The notes under the pieces were generated by a model. That model had not been told where the DNA came from and made no database searches. It saw only the letters and a list, made by a program, of their open reading frames with translations. DNA of 63,494 nt, the filler included, from Lenisia limosa (Eukaryota > Protista > Breviatea): NCBI GenBank assembly GCA_001655205.1. It is 12 parts of 12 records of this genome, joined end to end, with 100 filler letters (N's around TTAATTAATTAA, not from the genome) between each part and the next. Parts side by side here need not be neighbours in the genome. Positions count along the whole stretch, not along the records: positions 55,097 to 61,953 come from LPNZ01010102.1; positions 62,054 to 63,494 come from LPNZ01005276.1; 10 more parts are not named here. One strand, 5' to 3'. The translations under genes were made by a program, and so were the position numbers. Positions 58,001 to 63,494 of the stretch are shown piece after piece; positions within the stretch are counted from its first letter, which is position 1, and each line of letters opens with the position of its first letter.

Positions 58001-60487
58001 GAGTAATTCACAACATATCTAGATATACATATCGTTGACAACATAAGGCCTTCTTTCCATTGTTTTACCTATACAGGCAACCTGCCAGTCATCTCAAAGG
58101 TCCACCCCTACCCTAGGAGTTACAACGCAACGGCCAAACATGATGTCCCAATAAACGACAAGGAGTTTGAGGGGACGGTGTAATGAGAATGCAGATTTGG
58201 CGACTTAGCATTACTTTGGTCTAAAAAAACAGACTTAATTTCTCGATAAATCTACCGTCATCCTCATAACTAGGAATTCACGTCGGTCCAACAAAGAGAT
58301 TGAGTTTCTTGATAAATCTTCGCTATTTTACTGGTCTGGGATAATGTGGAGCGGCTAACATTTCCCAGGTCCGTGGTGAAGGAAGTGAAAACCGTGGAGT
58401 TCTTCTTCGGCCTCGAATTTAAAAAAGGTGAGCTTGGTTTTTTTTTTTTTTTNNNNNNNNNNNNNNNNNNNNNNNNNNNNNNNNNNNNNNNNNNNNNNNN
58501 NNNNNNNNNNNNNNNNNNNNNNNNNNNNNNNNNNGTTTAAATAAACTTGAGTGAGGGATATAGCATATCCATATAGCTATTAAAACATCAGGTTACTATA
58601 GTATGTTATTGAGAATGATATTCTTAGCCATCTCAACTACACTACGGCGCATCGGCTTGGGATTCCCCTATTATATTATATGGCAATCCCATAAATTTCT
58701 TCTGTAAAATATGGCAATTCCAACGTCACAAGAATCTCAAGTCGATGTGCCGTAGTGTACCTCTCCAACAGTGATGACATTTCAGATCCGGATGGCAGGG
58801 TGACAGTTGACTTGTCCCCCGTGGTCTCGGAATGGACCACAATGTGCTATGAATATATGCACTTTGCCCGAGGAATGACGGTGTGTTTGGGGCTTNNNNN
58901 NNNNNNNNNNNNNNNNNNNNNNNNNNNNNNNNNNNNNNNNNNNNNNNNNNNNNNNNNNNNNNNNNNNNNNNNNNNNNNNNNNNNNNNNNNNNNNNNNNNN
59001 NNNNNNNNNNNNNNNNNNNNNNNNNNNNNNNNNNNNNNNNNNNNNNNNNNNNTGACCTGGGCTTTGTTTGTTGGAGTGATGGGATGCGGTGATACAGAAG
59101 CGACTGACCTGGGCTTTGTTTGTTGGAGTGATGGGATGCGGTGATGCAGAAGCGACTGACCTGGGCTTTGTTTGTTTGCTTTTTTCAACCCTCGTGTGCT
59201 GCCAGCCAACAGGGTTGATTCTGGACTGTTCATTAATATTCCATTTTATCACCCCCCCCCCTCAGGTTAAGGTTGGATTCAACAAAAGGTCCCGTCTCCC
59301 CGATTACGTATTCCCCAACGGCCGACCCACAAAAAAGGTCCGTAGAATAACAGCACATATCATGACATGGCCAGGGCTTCACTTTAGTTCGAAAAAAAAT
59401 GACGGAATTTCTCGGTAAATCCTCTGAAGACTATCGATATTTTTACGTTTTTTTGCGAATCCAAGTGAAGCACATGGCTCTTGGCTGAATATAAGGGCTG
59501 GTGATTGTGAGCTAGTGGTTGGCCAAAATGACCGTTTTTTTTTCTTCGATTTTCATCCTCCAGAAGCTCAGCAAGAAGACCCCTCTCACCCCATCCGTCA
59601 CCTCCAGCGCCGCAGCCACCGTGCCCAAGACAGACAGTCCTGCAGAGGTATGGCAAGACCGTCGAAATATGAAATCCCCATGTATTTAATATCAGGCTTT
59701 GTTTGATAAATATAATATATATTTTTGTTCTTATTTTTATTTTTTGTAAAATTTGTTAAATACAATATAGTAATATTTTGTTTTTGGACAATAACACCAA
59801 GTGTTCTGCTCTGCTCTGCTACTGTACATATCGATGGTTTTGGTGGCTTATCACTTCTTTTGTTTCTGTCATGATTTTTATTTTATAATACATCATATCA
59901 AATACTAAATACAATGACATTTTTAATTTCCAGTCCGTCGCATCCCCAGTATCCGATTCAGCCCCTGGTGAAGAGAAAGAAAACTCTGAAGAAAAGGAGA
60001 AGGAGTCTTCCCCAGGTTAGCCAAATTATATGCTCAATCACCACAATATTTATTTTTTATCAACATTCTTGTTTCCCGTTTTTTTCTATTTCCAGGGCTT
60101 TGTCATTTTGAACCCTTGTGTGTTTCCTTCAGAGTGGATTCTTGTTTTGTTTTTTGTTTCATAAATTTCCATTTTTACGTACGCTGGCTTGGGCTTGTTT
60201 TTGTTTTTGTGTTTTTGTCATCTGGCTTCTGTCTAGTTTTTGCGTTGGTTGCTCATATTTGTTATTGCTTGTTTTTTTTGTTTTTTGTTGTTTGGAGTTT
60301 CAGATTATTCGTACCTTTACGCCAATATTCTTCATCGAAATTTCCTTCGTTTTACTCCCCCTCCCCTACAGAGCCGCGTAAACGAGTGTTGGAGGTTAAA
60401 AGTGACGATACCCTCTCCAAAGAGGCCCCGACAGTACCAGTGGACGCCCCACAAAAGAGGAAGAAGCTGACCGTCACCCTCGCATAG
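55097..60487 (+). CDS. PAP1: Canonical nuclear poly(A) polymerase, 5' partial
   Basis: PDAYVPIIKM..|IDLLFA..SVLSLNG|TRVVDGIMKNVPNMETFRTTLKA..RGVYSNVMGYLGGVA..HLMPVITPAYPAMNSTYNVS..GFVEAKIRFLIEKL..RSRLPDYVFP..; low-complexity tail ends KRKKLTVTLA*. Confidence 0.96.
55551..55694 (+). repeat. Entire 144-nt intron composed of the H+F consensus
   Basis: GT..GAAGCGACTGGCCTGGGCTCTGTTTGTTTTGTTG..ACCCTCGGGTGTTGTCAGCCAACAGAGTTGACTTGGGTGTTTTTGTTTCATAAATTTTCCAATTTTACTCACCCCCCCCCCCAG. Confidence 0.9.
56253..56348. mobile_element. hAT-like MITE, subfamily A1
   Basis: TAGGGCTTCATTTCGGTTCGGAAAAAG...TTTTTCGAACCGAAGTGACGCCCTA; no TSD retained. Confidence 0.85.
56438..56537. mobile_element. hAT-like MITE, subfamily A2, with perfect 8-bp TSD
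   Basis: TTGGGCTTCCCTACGGTCCGAAA...GGGACCGTAGGGAAGCCTTA; TTCATTCC at 56430-56437 and 56538-56545. Confidence 0.92.
57731..57778 (+). repeat. TAGGG-starting 48-bp repeat shared with 10689-10736
   Basis: Near-identical to the copy on scaffold 2. Confidence 0.8.
57864..57940 (-). mobile_element. Truncated, inverted copy of the 58640 TIR element
   Basis: CACTACAGCGCATCGACTTGGGATTCTTGTCAAAACGTTGGAATTGCCATATTTT is the reverse complement of the right part of 58640-58757. Confidence 0.78.
58640..58757. mobile_element. TA-flanked TIR MITE (CACTAC...GTAGTG; Tc1/mariner- or CACTA-like)
   Basis: Left TACACTACGGCGCATCGGCTTGGGATTC versus reverse complement of right TACACTACGGCACATCGACTTGAGATTC (25/28); TA on both flanks. 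Confidence 0.85.
59053..59180 (+). repeat. 52-bp tandem duplication of the H module (2 full units + partial), followed by an F module
   Basis: TGACCTGGGCTTTGTTTGTTGGAGTGATGGGATGCGGTGAT(A/G)CAGAAGCGAC units start at 59053, 59105 and 59157. Confidence 0.9.
59372..59470. mobile_element. hAT-like MITE, subfamily A1, degenerate
   Basis: CAGGGCTTCACTTTAGTTCGAAAAAA...CGAATCCAAGTGAAG; flanks GACATGGC / CACATGGC (7/8). Confidence 0.78.
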
Positions 60488-61612
60488 TCCCGCCCCCTTC
60501 TGTCGTATTGTTCTTGTTCCCGCTGTTGTTAGATCTGTTTCCTTTCTTGTCGTGATGTATTATTCCTGTTTCTTCTACCATCTTTGCGAAAAATGTCAAT
60601 GATATGACGTTACAAATCAATTTCCCCATAATTGTTACCATTTGGAATGTATTGTTTGAACTCAGATCTTGATACTCTGAACATGCCTCTGACATAACAA
60701 TTTCTCTCAATAACACAAAGCAAACAAACAATTGACAAACACACTAATCGCCGCCAAATCGGAAAGCAAAAACCAGCTTTTGTTTACACAACATTGCCAA
60801 CACAGCAGTTAGAAGGTATATAACTGGAGTGCTGAAAATTATCACAAATTGCAAATTTTGATTTGTTAACTTGCTAACAAGTCAACTGTATAACTTTATA
60901 AACACAGCCATTCTCGAAAGAGCATTGGCGGAACAGCAAAACAGTTCTAACGAAGAATCGGACTTACACAAGCAGTTATCTCAACCTTACGCCTTCCTTC
61001 CCGCCTCCGACTTGGCTTGAACGATGTAACAGCTCCCTGGAGCTTTTGAACGGAACTGGAGCTGAATCGTCCTCTTGCTCATAGTTCCTTTCCTTCTTTT
61101 GAGGAGTTGATCTTAGGTGGCTTGGGTGGCTTGGGCTTTGTTTTATATGAGTGAAAGATTGCAAGAGGATTATGAATAGCAAGTCCACTTTCGAGCTGAC
61201 GAGTGCAGTTGGGGATGAGATCACTCTTAGTTTTAAAAGTTTAATTTCGATACGAGAGTGTACTTGAGGAATCCTTGGGATTGACTTGTCTGCTGGAGGA
61301 GGGGGTACTTTTTCTGTTTTGTTCTGTTTTGGGGTTATAATATTATGATTATTGTTAATATTTTATTGTTTTATTGTTTTATACTATTATTATTATTATT
61401 TTATTGTTTTATTATATTTTTGTTTGATTGTTTTTTTGTATTTTTCTTGGACTCTGAACTTTTTTGAACTTTAGTGCATCAACAATCTGGGGTATATTAG
61501 AAAGACTCTGAATATAGCAGGTTGCCGTTTTTTTCTGTTGGTTGTGTAATGATGTATGACGACTGTACGTTCGTATCAGAACGGCTAGGTTTCAACATTC
61601 ACCTCTCTCCAG

Positions 61613-61750
61613 ATGTCGGATCAGGAGGCTTCAGGAAGACGACGGAGGAGAAGAAGACAAGCTTCACCTTCACCCTCGCCATCTCCGTCACCCTCGCCAA
61701 AACCGCCAAGAAGAAGACGCCAACGACGCCGTGATCCTGACGCAATTGAA
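61613..61750 (+). CDS. First exon of an Arg/Ser/Pro-rich protein (rest truncated)
   Basis: MSDQEASGRRRRRRRQASPSPSPSPSPSPKPPRRRRQRRRDPDAIE|GTGGG, followed by an intron ending in a Family F module at the scaffold end. Confidence 0.6.
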
Positions 61751-62053
61751 GTGGGTGTTGTTGATGATGCTATTGAAGGCAGGGTTTATGATGCTATTGA
61801 AGGCAGAGTGTTGTAAGTTTTTGAATATGCCTGTTTTCTCCAGCATTTTGCCGTTTTTGTTGAATTACTAATCCCTAGTGTGTTGCTAGCCAACAGATTT
61901 GATTTTGGGCTTTTTTGGTCTCATGAATTTTCCACTTTTGCCCCCCCCCCCCCNNNNNNNNNNNNNNNNNNNNNNNNNNNNNNNNNNNNNNNNNNNNTTA
62001 ATTAATTAANNNNNNNNNNNNNNNNNNNNNNNNNNNNNNNNNNNNNNNNNNNN

Positions 62054-63494
62054 CTACGATAGTGACTGGAACCCTCAGAACGATCTTCAAGCCGAAGCCA
62101 GGTGGGGAAGAGGGAAATATAGAATCACGCTTCAAGATAGTATATTGAATTATGGTATAATATTAACTCACCCATCATTTGCCATACAACTCTGTTTACA
62201 GCTGTCACAACACAGTATTTATCACGCTTTTTGTGGCATTTTGTTACGCCCCCACTCCAGTTTTTATTGTCTATTTTTACCCCCGCATCATAAAGTAACC
62301 TTTCAGATGTCATCGTATTGGACAAACCAAGACCGTTTCCATTTATCGGTATTTTGGGAGTCTCCAGGAAGTTGTAAGGCGAAGATTGAACTTATTCACT
62401 TGCTTTTATTTTCTTTTTTTGTCCCCCTTGGACTGCCAGATATATATACAGGACTACATATCGGAAATTATCATAAACAACTATCACCTAAACCATAACA
62501 TTCAACACAACCATAAGACATATTCATACATATATAACCATCCTTATACTGCATTTCATTCACTCTTTAGACTGGTGACTGATGAGTCTGTGGAAGAGAA
62601 GATCCTCGAGTCTGCCAAGCAAAAGATGGTTCTCGACCATTTGGTGGGTTTTGGGAGGCTTATTTGGCTCAACCAAATATGAGGTCCACTTTTTTTTTTT
62701 TTTTTTGAACCAGTAGTTAAAACAAAAAAGAAGCTAAAAGTTGTGTTTTTAGAACAGTTTTTTGGAAAATAGAGGGGTCATCTACGTGTTCAAAAACAAG
62801 TGGACCTCGTATTTAACTCAGCCGCTTATTTGAAATCTCCCTCACCATAAAAAATAAAACTGACCCACTTACCATATTTAGGTTATCCAGCAGATGGACA
62901 CAAGCGGGCGCATGGTCCTGAAGGGAGATGCGGATGACAACGATGTTCAANNNNNNNNNNNNNNNNNNNNNNNNNNNNNNNNNNNNNNNTTGTTTTATTT
63001 CTCATCGTTATATCATGTAATGTGTTAATCACACACTAGTGTAATATTTTGATAGTTAAAACCACCAATCCAATCCTATGAAATGTAAAGATGCAAAATA
63101 AAAATGGCTTGTTTTTTGGTGTCTAAAATAATTGCCAGATACTTCTTCTTTCCTTTCTCATTTATTAATTATGATATATCAGAGACAGTTGTAAGGCAAA
63201 TGATTGGGTGTTAATATATTATAATCCAATGTCTCTTAAGCGTGATGATGTGGAAGGCTTCGGCCAGATACAACGTTATTGTTTATTTCTCATTGCATGA
63301 TAGTATCGACTCCAACCAAGTTCATATACCGACTCATCCTTTAGGCTGCCAAACTCTTCAACAAAAACGAACTGGCTGATATTATCAAAGTGGGATTTCA
63401 CCTCTCCAGTTTCCATCATCATCATCTTATTGTCTCCAGTTTCCATCATCATCACCTTATTGTCTCTAGTTTGGAGCTGAGAACCTCTTCGGAG
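62054..63494 (+). CDS. CHD1: CHD1/2-like SNF2 chromatin remodeller, internal fragment (end of HELICc domain)
   Basis: YDSDWNPQNDLQAEAR|CHRIGQTKTVSIYR|LVTDESVEEKILESAKQKMVLDHL|VIQQMDTSGRMVL..FNKNELADIIK|FGAENLF. Confidence 0.92.
62663..62814. mobile_element. Inverted-repeat (MITE-like) element in CHD1 intron
   Basis: AAATATGAGGTCCACTT..TTGAAC versus GTTCAAAAACAAGTGGACCTCGTATTT; related to 9890-9975. Confidence 0.7.
63186..63300 (-). mobile_element. Family B repeat, partial
   Basis: GTTGTAAGGCAAATGATTGGGTG..CTCTTAAGCGTGATGATGTGGAAGGCTTCGGCCAGATACAAC. Confidence 0.82.

Noticed and set aside
62085-62135. GCCGAAGCC at the CHD1 exon end as a Family B insertion overlapping coding sequence
   Set aside because: It encodes the conserved QAEAR motif and its spacing to the downstream CACGCTT differs from the family consensus; likely coincidence.

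Overview
This window is not one locus. It is 12 short scaffolds of an intron-dense, AT-rich eukaryotic draft genome, probably a protist; I cannot determine the lineage. The scaffolds are joined by 11 artificial 100-nt spacers (44 N + TTAATTAATTAA + 44 N). The supplied ORF track is mostly misleading because real genes are split into many short GT-AG exons. By manual splicing I can support: a C2+RasGAP gene, a CCX/NCLX-type cation/Ca2+ exchanger, a complete mitochondrial-type Deg/HtrA protease, an SMP-30/gluconolactonase-like propeller, a large EF-hand protein, an FHA protein with an N/M/G-rich tail, two Sushi-like Cys-rich proteins (one with RCC1-like repeats), canonical poly(A) polymerase, a CHD1-like helicase, and several unknown genes. 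Two observations stand out. (1) Intron architecture: unrelated genes share two related 60-140 nt sequence modules anchored at the 3' splice site (...TTTTACTCCCCCCAG). Donors carry G-runs complementary to acceptor C-runs, and reverse-complement copies of the acceptor modules sit at some donors. This suggests introner-like elements and/or structure-assisted splicing. (2) An intron-containing gene encodes a phage/Bacteroidetes-type Peptidase_G2-like autocleavage domain followed by a coiled coil and a probable C-terminal membrane anchor, resembling the logic of MYRF/MrfA. Introns also hold hAT-type MITEs with 8-bp TSDs, a TA-flanked TIR element and a ~165-bp non-TIR repeat. No rRNA, tRNA or CRISPR array was seen. 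Exon coordinates are hand-derived and approximate unless stated.
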